Of a stretch of 20,000 bases of DNA, positions 7,798 through 15,282 are shown in pieces (within the stretch, counting starts at the first letter, position 1; each line of letters opens with the position of its first letter). Source of the stretch: an uncultured virus (IMG/VR IMGVR_UViG_3300034418_006598). Lineage: Duplodnaviria > Heunggongvirae > Uroviricota > Caudoviricetes. The stretch lies in IMG/VR virus record IMGVR_UViG_3300034418_006598, one strand, 5' to 3'. The notes beneath the pieces were generated by a model that was given only the letters and a program-made list of their open reading frames with translations, searched no databases and had not been told where the DNA came from. The translations under genes and the position numbers were made by a program.

Positions 7798-8694
7798 ATG
7801 GGCTACATGCTCAGCAACAACAAGCAGTACGAGGGCGCTAACGCCATCGACGCTGCGCTCGACTGCGAGGCTCTGTTTGAGCCGAAGGTCACCGGCACCA
7901 TTCTCCCCAACGGGAGCGTGGACGAGGGCACGTTCACGGTGTACCGAGAGTACGCCGATGGCTCCCAGGCCGTCCTGAACGCAGGCGTCAGCAACAGCTA
8001 CCACGCTGGATCGTACGAGTCGCTGCTCAACACCGCCGAGGCGATGTTCCCGAACAGCGTCACCGGCATCCAGACCTACGATCACGGTGCCGTGCTGGTC
8101 ATGACGCAGGAGATCGAGGAGCCGTACACCTTCGGTGACGGCGACACGCTCACCCGCAACGTCATGTACACGGCCAGCCTGAACAGCGTGTTCAGCACCC
8201 GTGCCATCGGGTTCTCGTTCCGTCCCTTCTGCACCAACCAGGAGAGCCAGGGCACGCTCCAGCTTGCCCAGAAGCGGACCAAGAACCACGACGAGATGCT
8301 GTTCAGCAAGGCCCGCATCATGGCTCAGGCTGCCGAGGCATTCGACCGGTTCATCAGCAACGCCACGATGCTCAAGGGTCTGGCAATGACCCCGAGCCTC
8401 AAGGCCCGAGTGCTGGACGAGGTTGCTCCGCTCATCACCGACCCGGACGCCAGCCCCAAGGCTGTGAACCACGCCGAGCGTCGCCGTGACGGCATCCTCT
8501 ACTTCTACGGCGAAGAGGCCGACACCTTCGGGGAGAACGCCTACTCGCTCTACCAGGCGGTGCAGTCCTTCGAGTACCACACCGCCACGAAGGGCAAGCA
8601 GCAGGCCATCAAGCAGGTCCGGGTCGTGAGTGACCCGGAGAAGGCCCAGGGCCTCACGCTCCGAGCCTCGGAGATGCTGCTGGCCGCAGCCTGA
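7798..8694 (+). CDS. DUF932-family (phage/plasmid-like) protein; an in-frame leaderless start at 7765 is possible
   Basis: GAGGAGG RBS; V.nsY, RPFCTN, RTKN and AYSLYQAVQSFEYH motifs typical of DUF932; strong GC3 bias. Confidence 0.7.
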   Translation: MGYMLSNNKQYEGANAIDAALDCEALFEPKVTGTILPNGSVDEGTFTVYREYADGSQAVLNAGVSNSYHAGSYESLLNTAEAMFPNSVTGIQTYDHGAVLVMTQEIEEPYTFGDGDTLTRNVMYTASLNSVFSTRAIGFSFRPFCTNQESQGTLQLAQKRTKNHDEMLFSKARIMAQAAEAFDRFISNATMLKGLAMTPSLKARVLDEVAPLITDPDASPKAVNHAERRRDGILYFYGEEADTFGENAYSLYQAVQSFEYHTATKGKQQAIKQVRVVSDPEKAQGLTLRASEMLLAAA

Positions 8695-8858
8695 CGGCTA
8701 GGGCCGGGGGGACCGACTCCCCGGCCCGCACCGCCGTCCGTCCGGGCCGACGACGGGGAGCCGGTCACCGAGGCCCCGGTGGCGATGCTGCACCACAAGC
8801 AGGTCAGCATCGCCTAGCCGGGAGGGGCTAGCCCCCGAAACAAATCTCACCTACGAGG

Positions 8859-8887
8859 TTGGTTTCGGGGGCGACACCCCCTACTCT
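8859..8887 (+). promoter_or_regulatory. Promoter
   Basis: A-rich tract then TTGGTT-N17-TACTCT. Confidence 0.65.
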
Positions 8888-8917
8888 AGAAAGCTCACCA
8901 ACCAAGGAGGTACCCCG

Positions 8918-9310
8918 ATGGGGGACCGAGCAACTATCCGAATCGAACAGCGGTCACACGTTGTCCACTACTACACGCATTGGAGCGGCTACCGAGTCAA
9001 GGAAATCTTGGCTGACGGAATCATCAAGGCTGCGGCGGAGGGTCGTCTGAACGACGAGTTCTACGCAGCCCGGATCATCTTCGACACCCTGACCGGGTGT
9101 GAGGGTGGCGCCACCGGTTACGGCATCATCGCAGGCGACGAGAACATCCCCGGCGACCTGCAGTATGACTCGCCGTCGATCCGCTGGGGTGACTGGGGCG
9201 AGAGGCCCACCGTCACCATGTGGAACCCGTACAGCATGCTGAAGCCCTGGGCACAAGAGATCGACGCCCTGGAATGGGCCGAGGAGATCCGCCGGGTAGC
9301 CACGGTCTAG
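8918..9310 (+). CDS. Conserved phage hypothetical protein (MGDRA...YxHWxG type)
   Basis: AAGGAGG RBS; N-terminal MGDRATI...YYTHWSG motif. Confidence 0.8.
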   Translation: MGDRATIRIEQRSHVVHYYTHWSGYRVKEILADGIIKAAAEGRLNDEFYAARIIFDTLTGCEGGATGYGIIAGDENIPGDLQYDSPSIRWGDWGERPTVTMWNPYSMLKPWAQEIDALEWAEEIRRVATV

Positions 9311-9359
9311 AAAAAACTTTAGGTGGGAGGTTGGGAAACTGACCTCCCACCTGTACCCT
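9311..9359 (+). promoter_or_regulatory. Hairpin-embedded promoter
   Basis: AAAAAACTTT, TTGGGA-N17-TACCCT, stem AGGTGGGAGGT/ACCTCCCACCT. Confidence 0.7.
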
Positions 9360-9390
9360 GGGTTATGTCGTCAACGGAAGGAGACACAAC

Positions 9391-9792
9391 GTGGAACAGC
9401 TCCACATCCCAACCACCAACATCACCGTCAACGCCGACAAGGTGGCCGAACGGCTCGCCATCACGGTCGTGGAGGCTCGTACTGCTCTGGCTGACGCCAA
9501 GGCAGCGGTCGAAGCAGCCGAGCGTGCGTTCAAGGCCACCGGCACCGAGTCCGTCCTCCTGCAGGACGGCACCAAGGTGGCGCTGGTGAAGCAGCAGCGT
9601 CGTTCGCTCGACACGGTGACCCTGAAGGGTCTGCTCGCCAAGGGCAGGTTCCAGCGGGTCAGCCGCCGAGTGGCCGACATGGCGCTGGTGGACGGCGAGA
9701 TTGCGGCTGGCCGCATGACCGCCGACGAGGTGGCCGAGGCCATCACCGTGAAGGATGTCGTCGCCCTCAAGGTGACCCAGCCGAAGCGGTGA
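9391..9792 (+). CDS. Hypothetical protein with short coiled coil
   Basis: GAAGGAG RBS, GTG start, strong codon bias. Confidence 0.8.
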   Translation: MEQLHIPTTNITVNADKVAERLAITVVEARTALADAKAAVEAAERAFKATGTESVLLQDGTKVALVKQQRRSLDTVTLKGLLAKGRFQRVSRRVADMALVDGEIAAGRMTADEVAEAITVKDVVALKVTQPKR

Positions 9793-9798
9793 GAATCT

Positions 9799-9838
9799 CA
9801 GGGGAGAGGTTGGGAAACCAGCCTCTCCCCTGTACCCT
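9799..9838 (+). promoter_or_regulatory. Hairpin-embedded promoter
   Basis: CAGGGGAGAGGTTGG-GAAA-CCAGCCTCTCCCCTG; TTGGGA-N17-TACCCT. Confidence 0.7.
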
Positions 9839-9845
9839 TGTCGTC

Positions 9846-9986
9846 ATGGACATGGGTCACCACTACTGCTACGACGGGAGTGATGTGCGCTGCCGGTTCT
9901 GCGATTGCAGGGCCGGTGGCCGTCACGCCCAGCAACCCTGCGAAGCGGGAGGTACCAACCCTCCCCGTAAGAACGAGGTACAATAA
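9846..9986 (+). CDS. Small Cys/His-rich protein, probably leaderless
   Basis: ATG lies 7 nt after the -10 TACCCT; HYC...CRFCDC...H...C. Confidence 0.5.
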   Translation: MDMGHHYCYDGSDVRCRFCDCRAGGRHAQQPCEAGGTNPPRKNEVQ

Positions 9987-9990
9987 AACT

Positions 9991-10173
9991 ATGGCTAAGA
10001 CTAAGAAGAACAAGAAGCAGAGGACGCAGGGGCAGATCATGTCTGACCTGCTCCGTCAGGAGTATGTGGACGCCCTTCGGGACGGTCGCCGCCAGCGTGC
10101 TGCCACGTTCACCGACCGTAAGAAGCAGGCCGACCGTAAGGCTTGCCGAGGCCGGGTGACCGATCATGGCTGA
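9991..10173 (+). CDS. Small basic protein, probably leaderless
   Basis: TACAAT -10 immediately upstream; MAKTKKNKK...DRKKQADRKACRG. Confidence 0.65.
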   Translation: MAKTKKNKKQRTQGQIMSDLLRQEYVDALRDGRRQRAATFTDRKKQADRKACRGRVTDHG

Positions 10174-10468
10174 GGGTGCGATCGTCCGAGAGGACGCTAC
10201 CTACCTTGATCTGAACGATCGGGGCCTGTTGATGCTGACGGGCGCCCGGATGATCGGTCAAGGCATCCAGGCTCTCCGAGAGGAAGCTCTGGAGTCTGGT
10301 GAGGTTGAGGACGAGATGGAAGCGTTCGATATGTTCGAGGGACGTGAGAAGATGGCGTACTTCAGCATGGTCAACGGTATGGCTGTCGATCAGGATGACG
10401 CTAAGGATCTGATGCAACTGTTCGTTGTGTTGACCTCGCATCTGTTCGAGGATGAGGACGAACTCTAA
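10166..10468 (+). CDS. Acidic hypothetical protein
   Basis: Overlapping start and stop with the upstream gene; protein-like composition. Confidence 0.7.
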   Translation: MAEGAIVREDATYLDLNDRGLLMLTGARMIGQGIQALREEALESGEVEDEMEAFDMFEGREKMAYFSMVNGMAVDQDDAKDLMQLFVVLTSHLFEDEDEL

Positions 10469-10516
10469 AAATCTTAGGTGGCGGGTTGGGGTTTGGTCCC
10501 CAGCCCGCTACCCTAG
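10467..10516 (+). promoter_or_regulatory. Hairpin-embedded promoter
   Basis: TTGGGG-N17-TACCCT within GGTGGCGGGTTGGGG/CCCCAGCCCGCTACC (G:U pairs). Confidence 0.65.
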
Positions 10517-10555
10517 GTATTGCTGGTGAAGCACAGTAGCCAGCTAGGAGGAAGC

Positions 10556-10780
10556 GTGGATATTCACGAAGACGATCTCAACGAGATCCGTAAGGATCTG
10601 GCGGATATGGAAGCCGATCAGGAAGCCGAGTACGATGAACAGTACGAGGCGTACCTGATGGAGCCGCCCACCTGCCCTATCTGCGACGCTTACGGCTGTG
10701 GCGGTGACGGCGGTGGTTGTTACCGTTACGAAGGTCGGGGAGAGATTAGCGATCCTCGGGACTTCGATCCGGTCTTCTGA
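10556..10780 (+). CDS. Small acidic protein with CxxC...C...C motif
   Basis: AGGAGG RBS before GTG; CPICDAYGCGGDGGGC. Confidence 0.7.
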   Translation: MDIHEDDLNEIRKDLADMEADQEAEYDEQYEAYLMEPPTCPICDAYGCGGDGGGCYRYEGRGEISDPRDFDPVF

Positions 10781-10791
10781 TAAATCCCCGG

Positions 10792-10827
10792 TAGCGGGTT
10801 GGTGTTCCCTCACCGGCCCGCTAACAT
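10792..10827 (+). promoter_or_regulatory. Hairpin-embedded promoter
   Basis: TTGGTG-N17-TAACAT; stem TAGCGGGTTGGTG/CACCGGCCCGCTA. Confidence 0.65.
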
Positions 10828-10860
10828 GGGGGTTACTGCAAGCAACACACAGGAGGAACT

Positions 10861-11121
10861 GTGAAAAACGCTAAACGAATCGAACGTGACCTCTGGCATG
10901 GCGGCGGTAGCTCCGGCTCTGTTTCCATCCCCAAGGAAGTCTCTGACAGCATCAACACCCTGACCGACTTCGTAGCTCAGATGATCCCCGACGGGGAAGA
11001 GCTTATGATCGACCTCGGGATGAAGATCGCAGAGATGCTAGACAACTATGATCCCACGCCCTACGCCATCGCATTCGACGGTCGGCCCATGAGCCGGGAC
11101 GAGTTCTCAACATCGGCATAG
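10861..11121 (+). CDS. Hypothetical protein
   Basis: AGGAGG RBS, GTG start. Confidence 0.75.
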   Translation: MKNAKRIERDLWHGGGSSGSVSIPKEVSDSINTLTDFVAQMIPDGEELMIDLGMKIAEMLDNYDPTPYAIAFDGRPMSRDEFSTSA

Positions 11122-11175
11122 ATAAAGCCGTAGAGAGCAGGGCGGGCGTGCGGCCCTGGTAATACAACAGTACGG

Positions 11176-11206
11176 TATCCTCCTGAGCATGAGGATAAAC
11201 TGCTCA
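11176..11206 (+). ncRNA. H-type RNA pseudoknot
   Basis: Stem 1 is TATCCTC/GAGGATA; loop TGAGCA pairs with downstream TGCTCA after an AAC linker. Confidence 0.55.
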
Positions 11207-11210
11207 CCAT

Positions 11211-11322
11211 GCTCCACCAAAGGCTGGGAACCTACTAGCGTGGACAGGCACCGGTTCGGCGGTTGTCCCCGTGAGACTGGATGTCGCTAGTAGAGGGCAG
11301 AGTTCGACTCTCTGCTGGGGCA
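11211..11322 (+). ncRNA. tRNA-like structured RNA with branched insertion replacing the anticodon loop
   Basis: Acceptor-like GCTCCA/TGGGGC, D-like AGG-CTGGGAA-CCT, stem ACTAGCG/CGCTAGT, T-arm GCAGAG-TTCGACT-CTCTGC. Confidence 0.6.
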
Positions 11323-11405
11323 CTTACCTCCCCCTATCCCCCGGCCCTGCGTATGCGGGGTCCGGGGGGTTCGGGAGTGAGCCAGTAGGCTACGGGGTTT
11401 GCCCG

Positions 11406-11586
11406 TAGGGACACCATAGGCTCTGTTAGACACACAGAGTAGGAGCGGGAGACGCTGACCCGCCCCCGCTGGCGGGCACCCGCCGAGGCGAACATTTGTT
11501 CGTTCCACTATGCGGAACTGTTCCACAATACGGAACACAAAAAATCTTGGCTGAGAGGTTGGAAACCGTGTTTCAGCCGGTACTAT
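11406..11586 (+). repeat. Composite intergenic module, copy 1
   Basis: Polar motif 11406, CGAACATTTGTTCG 11489-11502, palindromes 11502-11518 and 11520-11536, promoter TTGGAA-N16-TACTAT. Confidence 0.85.
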
Positions 11587-11626
11587 CGAATGGCGAGGGA
11601 ACGTCCCTCGGAAGGAGGCACCGACC

Positions 11627-11959
11627 ATGCCCAAGATGGTCATCAACACGTGCTGGGGAGGCTTCAGCCTTAGCGATGCGGCGCACCGCCGCCTCGGCTC
11701 GGTCTACGTCGAAGCGGACGACACCGAGTACGGCTTCGGCTACTGGAACACTAACCCCTGGAGTCAGGGCATGGAGTCCCACGAGCTGGAGTACCGCAGC
11801 TTGCCCGCTCTGGTCGAAGTGGTCGAACTGCTGTGCGACGAGGCCAGCGGCAGCTACTCCCGACTCAGGGTCGTGGATGTGCCCGACGACGCCGAGGTTT
11901 ACATCTCGGAGCACGACGGGCGGGAAACGGTCCGAGAGGTCCACCGTAGCTGGGGCTAA
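11627..11959 (+). CDS. Conserved phage hypothetical protein (VIN.C.GGF.LS family)
   Basis: AAGGAGG RBS; VINTCWGGFSLS...PALVEVVE...LRVVDVPDD...ISEHDGRE motifs. Confidence 0.85.
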   Translation: MPKMVINTCWGGFSLSDAAHRRLGSVYVEADDTEYGFGYWNTNPWSQGMESHELEYRSLPALVEVVELLCDEASGSYSRLRVVDVPDDAEVYISEHDGRETVREVHRSWG

Positions 11960-12006
11960 GAAACTTTAGGTAGCGGGTTGGTGTTTCGATGCCAGCCCGC
12001 TACCTT
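11960..12006 (+). promoter_or_regulatory. Hairpin-embedded promoter
   Basis: AGGTAGCGGGTTGGTGT-TTCG-ATGCCAGCCCGCTACCT; TTGGTG-N17-TACCTT. Confidence 0.7.
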
Positions 12007-12048
12007 GGTTTACACAGGGCAGCCAGCCCGAACAAGGGAGAAGAAACC

Positions 12049-12228
12049 ATGAGCATCTGCAAGACCTGCGGCACGTTTGAGTCGGTGAACGCCGACCCGT
12101 ACAAGCGTCCGCTGCCGCTGTTGAACCCGACCCGGCAGGAAGTCGTCGCCTACCACCGTACCGGTGAGTGCGTCACGATGGACCCGCCCGGGATCAACTA
12201 CAACAACCCGGCCAACTGGGGCCGCTGA
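12049..12228 (+). CDS. Small CxxC...HxxxxC protein
   Basis: AAGGGAG RBS; MSICKTCG...YHRTGEC. Confidence 0.65.
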   Translation: MSICKTCGTFESVNADPYKRPLPLLNPTRQEVVAYHRTGECVTMDPPGINYNNPANWGR

Positions 12229-12243
12229 GCACAGGAGAGGAAC

Positions 12244-12516
12244 ATGGAAGACACGAAGACCACCATGTACCACGCCCACCTTCACGCCATCGCCATGACG
12301 GTGAGCAAGGCCAACCGGTTCCAGCCGGTGGTCCACTGGACCCCCGAGGACTGGCAGTGGTTGGAGTACACGATCGTGGACACGGCCAAGACCAACGAGG
12401 ACGGTGAGCCGGTGACGGTGGCTGAGCTTTCCACGATGGGTGATGCGATCCGTATCGCTTTCGAGTGGAGCCGGGTGCCGGAGCGTGCCAGCAACGACTG
12501 GACGGGGGTGCTCTGA
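12244..12516 (+). CDS. Hypothetical protein
   Basis: GGAGAGG RBS. Confidence 0.75.
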   Translation: MEDTKTTMYHAHLHAIAMTVSKANRFQPVVHWTPEDWQWLEYTIVDTAKTNEDGEPVTVAELSTMGDAIRIAFEWSRVPERASNDWTGVL

Positions 12517-12608
12517 TGGGCTACCTCCCTCCGGGAGTCACTGACCGTCAGTTTCGGCGGACGCTAGCGTTTCTGCTCGGGGTCGTGCCGAACCTCGGAT
12601 AGTTTCCG

Positions 12609-12656
12609 AAAAACTTTAGCTAGCGGGGTGGGAAACGGTTCCTGCCCCGCTACGCT
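12609..12656 (+). promoter_or_regulatory. Hairpin-embedded promoter
   Basis: AAAAACTTT, GTGGGA-N17-TACGCT; stem TAGCGGGGTGGGAA/TTCCTGCCCCGCTA. Confidence 0.65.
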
Positions 12657-12704
12657 TAGAAGAAGTGGAGCGACCGCTCCCGCAGGGTAGGAGGCCCTAA
12701 CAGT

Positions 12705-12941
12705 ATGACACTCCCCAACTACGACGCATGGCTCACCACCAACACCTCCCAGGAATACTGGGACAAGGCGTACGAGCACTGGCTCAAGCACCACGCCGCC
12801 TGGGACTACGAGCGGGCCATCGACAACAACGATGTCAGCTACCACTCCCCTGATGTCATCGACACGCTCGAACAGTGGATCGACAGCGCCTGGGGCGAAC
12901 GGTACTTCGAGGCTTGGGAAGAAACCCAACGCCGAGACTGA
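12705..12941 (+). CDS. Trp-rich hypothetical protein (LPNYDAWLT start)
   Basis: AGGAGG RBS. Confidence 0.75.
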   Translation: MTLPNYDAWLTTNTSQEYWDKAYEHWLKHHAAWDYERAIDNNDVSYHSPDVIDTLEQWIDSAWGERYFEAWEETQRRD

Positions 12942-13009
12942 CCCGGCGGGGTCGGGGGCTTCGGCCCTCGGCTCCCCCTCCGGGGGTACCTGAGGGTCGT
13001 GGGTTCCCG

Positions 13010-13201
13010 ATGGCAGAGCCTGACCCGGACGATGAGTTCTGGTGGGACGCTGACGATTCCTGCCTGGCAGACATGAGCGGTGACGTGCTTGTGGTTGCTG
13101 TTGGCGATGACTACCGACACCGAGTGAGCGTGAAAGACTTGCTCCCAATCCCGGACGACGACTATTGTGGGTCGTGCGGCCAAACCGGCTGCGCCCACTG
13201 A
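13010..13201 (+). CDS. Small acidic protein with C-terminal YCGSCGQTGC motif
   Basis: Protein-like composition; RBS weak, so the start is uncertain. Confidence 0.6.
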   Translation: MAEPDPDDEFWWDADDSCLADMSGDVLVVAVGDDYRHRVSVKDLLPIPDDDYCGSCGQTGCAH

Positions 13202-13212
13202 GAGGAAGCACA

Positions 13213-13338
13213 ATGAAGGACAGAGCTATGGACGAAGACGGAAACGTCTTGGTAGGAATCTTCTGGGCGACCGTGTTCAGCATCCCCTTGTGGATTCTGA
13301 TTGCACTCGCCACCCGAGCCGTATGGGGGCTTCTCTAA
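13213..13338 (+). CDS. 41 aa membrane peptide (not in ORF track)
   Basis: GAGGA RBS; MKDRAMDEDGNVLVGIFWATVFSIPLWILIALATRAVWGLL. Confidence 0.6.
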   Translation: MKDRAMDEDGNVLVGIFWATVFSIPLWILIALATRAVWGLL

Positions 13339-13417
13339 TGGACGACGAACGAGAGTTCTGGATCATCCCTGAGGCTGAGGGCAAGTAAGGCTCTCAAAAG
13401 AAAATGTTACCTAGGCG

Positions 13418-13445
13418 TTGGTTTCTTCGCAGAAACCGCTACCCT
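13418..13445 (+). promoter_or_regulatory. Promoter
   Basis: A-tract, TTGGTT-N16-TACCCT. Confidence 0.6.
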
Positions 13446-13477
13446 AAGTAATAGGACACAAGGGAAGGAAACAAGCT

Positions 13478-13654
13478 ATGTGGTCCGGAAATGACGCCGC
13501 CGAAACGAAGCGGCTTCGCAACAAGGCCCGCCTCAAGGACGGGCAGTGCCTGTTCTGCAAGCCGCACCGTGGTGAGAACCACGGCAAGCGGGACGGCAAG
13601 TACCTTTGGCCGAACGGAGAGTTCCGACCCTCCAAGAGCAAGGCGAAGAAGTGA
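13478..13654 (+). CDS. 58 aa basic protein with CxxCxxH motif (not in ORF track)
   Basis: GAAGGA RBS; MWSGNDAAETKRLRNKARLKDGQCLFCKPHRGEN...KSKAKK. Confidence 0.6.
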   Translation: MWSGNDAAETKRLRNKARLKDGQCLFCKPHRGENHGKRDGKYLWPNGEFRPSKSKAKK

Positions 13655-13743
13655 GTATCTTCATCTGGGCCATCGGTATCGGGCTGTACGTCCTCTTCGA
13701 GACTCACCGCACCCGGTGAGTCTCGGAGGGGGCGACCCCTGCC

Positions 13744-13927
13744 GTGGGGCACCATAGGTAGTGATAGACACACAACCTTTGAGCGGGAGATGCTGGCCCG
13801 CCTCCGGCGGCGCCCCTTCGGTCGAGGCGAACATTTGTTCGTTCCACTATGTGGAACAGTTCCGTATTGTGGGACGCAAAGAAATCTTACCTAGCACGTT
13901 GGTAAACCGTGCTCGATGCCCTACCCT
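13744..13927 (+). repeat. Composite intergenic module, copy 2
   Basis: Polar motif variant 13744, CGAACATTTGTTCG 13828-13841, palindromes 13841-13857 and 13859-13875, promoter TTGGTA-N17-TACCCT. Confidence 0.85.
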
Positions 13928-14042
13928 AAAGGGTGGCGCTGATGACGGACCGTCCGTTCTCACCGTCAGGGAGTACCCATGTTCTCATCCGAACAGATCA
14001 TCAAGGCGGCGATGACCCGCCTCTACTGACAAGGAGTTGTCA

Positions 14043-14189
14043 ATGAAGTCCAACCAGGCCCAGAACACGGGCTACCCCGCCCACTGCTCGACGATCTACG
14101 CCGAGCGCCCGGACCCGACCACCCTCAATCGCACCATCCATCTCATCCACGGCGCACGGTCGCCCTTCCCCAAGGAGAACAACCGATGA
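14043..14189 (+). CDS. 48 aa hypothetical peptide (not in ORF track)
   Basis: AAGGAG RBS; ATGA overlap with the next gene. Confidence 0.55.
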   Translation: MKSNQAQNTGYPAHCSTIYAERPDPTTLNRTIHLIHGARSPFPKENNR

Positions 14190-14506
14190 TGATCCATCCC
14201 ACCGAGCTGCAAGTGAACGACGTCCTGGTGACGGACGCACCGCACGCTGACCGTGTCATCAAGTGCGTGGCACGCAACGCCCAGGACGGCGCCGTCATGG
14301 CGACGGCGAAGTCCGGCAAGGAGTACCGCTACCTGCCGGTCGGTGACCTGGAGATCCAGCGCTCCCGGTACAACGTGTTCGTCGCCGGGTGCCCGTCGTG
14401 CGACGCACGCAAGGACGGCACCGACCCGCACGGTCCGGCTCACGAGGCGAGCGACCGGTGCGAGTCGCACCGCCGCCCGCACTGCTCGTGCGACCGGTGC
14501 TACTGA
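14186..14506 (+). CDS. Protein with C-terminal Cys/His-rich zinc-binding domain
   Basis: AAGGAG RBS; CPSC...PAHEASDRCES...HCSCDRCY. Confidence 0.75.
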   Translation: MMIHPTELQVNDVLVTDAPHADRVIKCVARNAQDGAVMATAKSGKEYRYLPVGDLEIQRSRYNVFVAGCPSCDARKDGTDPHGPAHEASDRCESHRRPHCSCDRCY

Positions 14507-14512
14507 CAGCCC

Positions 14513-14557
14513 TGTGACACACGTCACAGTGGAAGTCCTCAAGTTCCCCGATACACT
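14513..14557 (+). promoter_or_regulatory. CRP-type box abutting a promoter
   Basis: TGTGACACACGTCACA (14513-14528) followed directly by GTGGAA-N17-TACACT. Confidence 0.6.
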
Positions 14558-14600
14558 GACCGATACAGATACCATCACCCATACCAAAGGAACCACCACC

Positions 14601-14801
14601 GTGAAGACATCTCTCCTCAACCTCCGAGTCCGCACCGACGCCGGGTGGACCGGCATCGTGACCGGCCTGTCCCGGATCCCGGGCTACTATCAGGTGACCC
14701 CCGTGTCCCTCAAGGACGCCGCCCTCGGCATCGACGGGGAGCCGACCTCGGTCCCCTTCCTGCACGACGAGCTGACGGTCCTGCCGGAGCGTGGGCGATG
14801 A
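14601..14801 (+). CDS. Small beta-rich (SH3-like?) hypothetical protein
   Basis: AAAGGA RBS, GTG start, ATGA overlap with the next gene. Confidence 0.65.
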   Translation: MKTSLLNLRVRTDAGWTGIVTGLSRIPGYYQVTPVSLKDAALGIDGEPTSVPFLHDELTVLPERGR

Positions 14802-15019
14802 GCAGCTACGACGCCCGACTCGAAGCCCCGTACGAGAGGCGAGCCGCCATCGAGCACGACATCGAGCGTGTCGAGGAGGAGATCTGGAACGCTGACACCC
14901 CGCTGTCAGTGGCGCTGCGCCTCGTCACCGAGGCCGTGCCCGCCCCGCTGACCGAGCGCCTCGACGCCCTCGTCTCGGACTGGGCCGAGCTGATCGTGAG
15001 CGAGGGGTACCAGCTGTGA
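14798..15019 (+). CDS. Hypothetical protein (MSSYDARLEAPYE)
   Basis: Coupled start; strong codon bias. Confidence 0.7.
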   Translation: MSSYDARLEAPYERRAAIEHDIERVEEEIWNADTPLSVALRLVTEAVPAPLTERLDALVSDWAELIVSEGYQL

Positions 15020-15046
15020 GCGCCGACGACCGGCCCCCGGTACCCG

Positions 15047-15238
15047 TAGGGATACCATAGGCTCTGATAGACAAGCGCGTATGGGGGCGGGAGGGTCTCA
15101 CCCTCGGGCTGCTCGCCCGCCTCGCCGCTGTCGTCCGCCTGTTTGTCGCCTGTTCCGTATGGTGGAACTGTTCCACAATGCGGAACGTAAAAAAATCTCA
15201 GCTAGCACGTTGTGAAAGGGTGTGCAGGCCGGTACCGT
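15047..15238 (+). repeat. Composite intergenic module, copy 3 (no LexA-like box)
   Basis: Polar motif 15047, palindromes 15152-15168 and 15170-15186, A-tract, TTGTGA-N17-TACCGT. Confidence 0.8.
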
Positions 15239-15282
15239 AGGGGGTGCCGCTGGGGATCGACCTCAGGGCACTAGGAGGTACC

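Noticed and set aside
11211..11322. tmRNA or permuted tmRNA (GCTCCACCA resembles an Ala/tmRNA 3' end)
   Set aside because: The T-arm precedes TGGGGC rather than GCTCCACCA, there is no tag reading frame, and the element is too short.
13979..14029. 16 aa mini-ORF MFSSEQIIKAAMTRLY (and MDDEREFWIIPEAEGK at 13338-13388)
   Set aside because: Plausible RBS or coupling, but too short to support without expression data.
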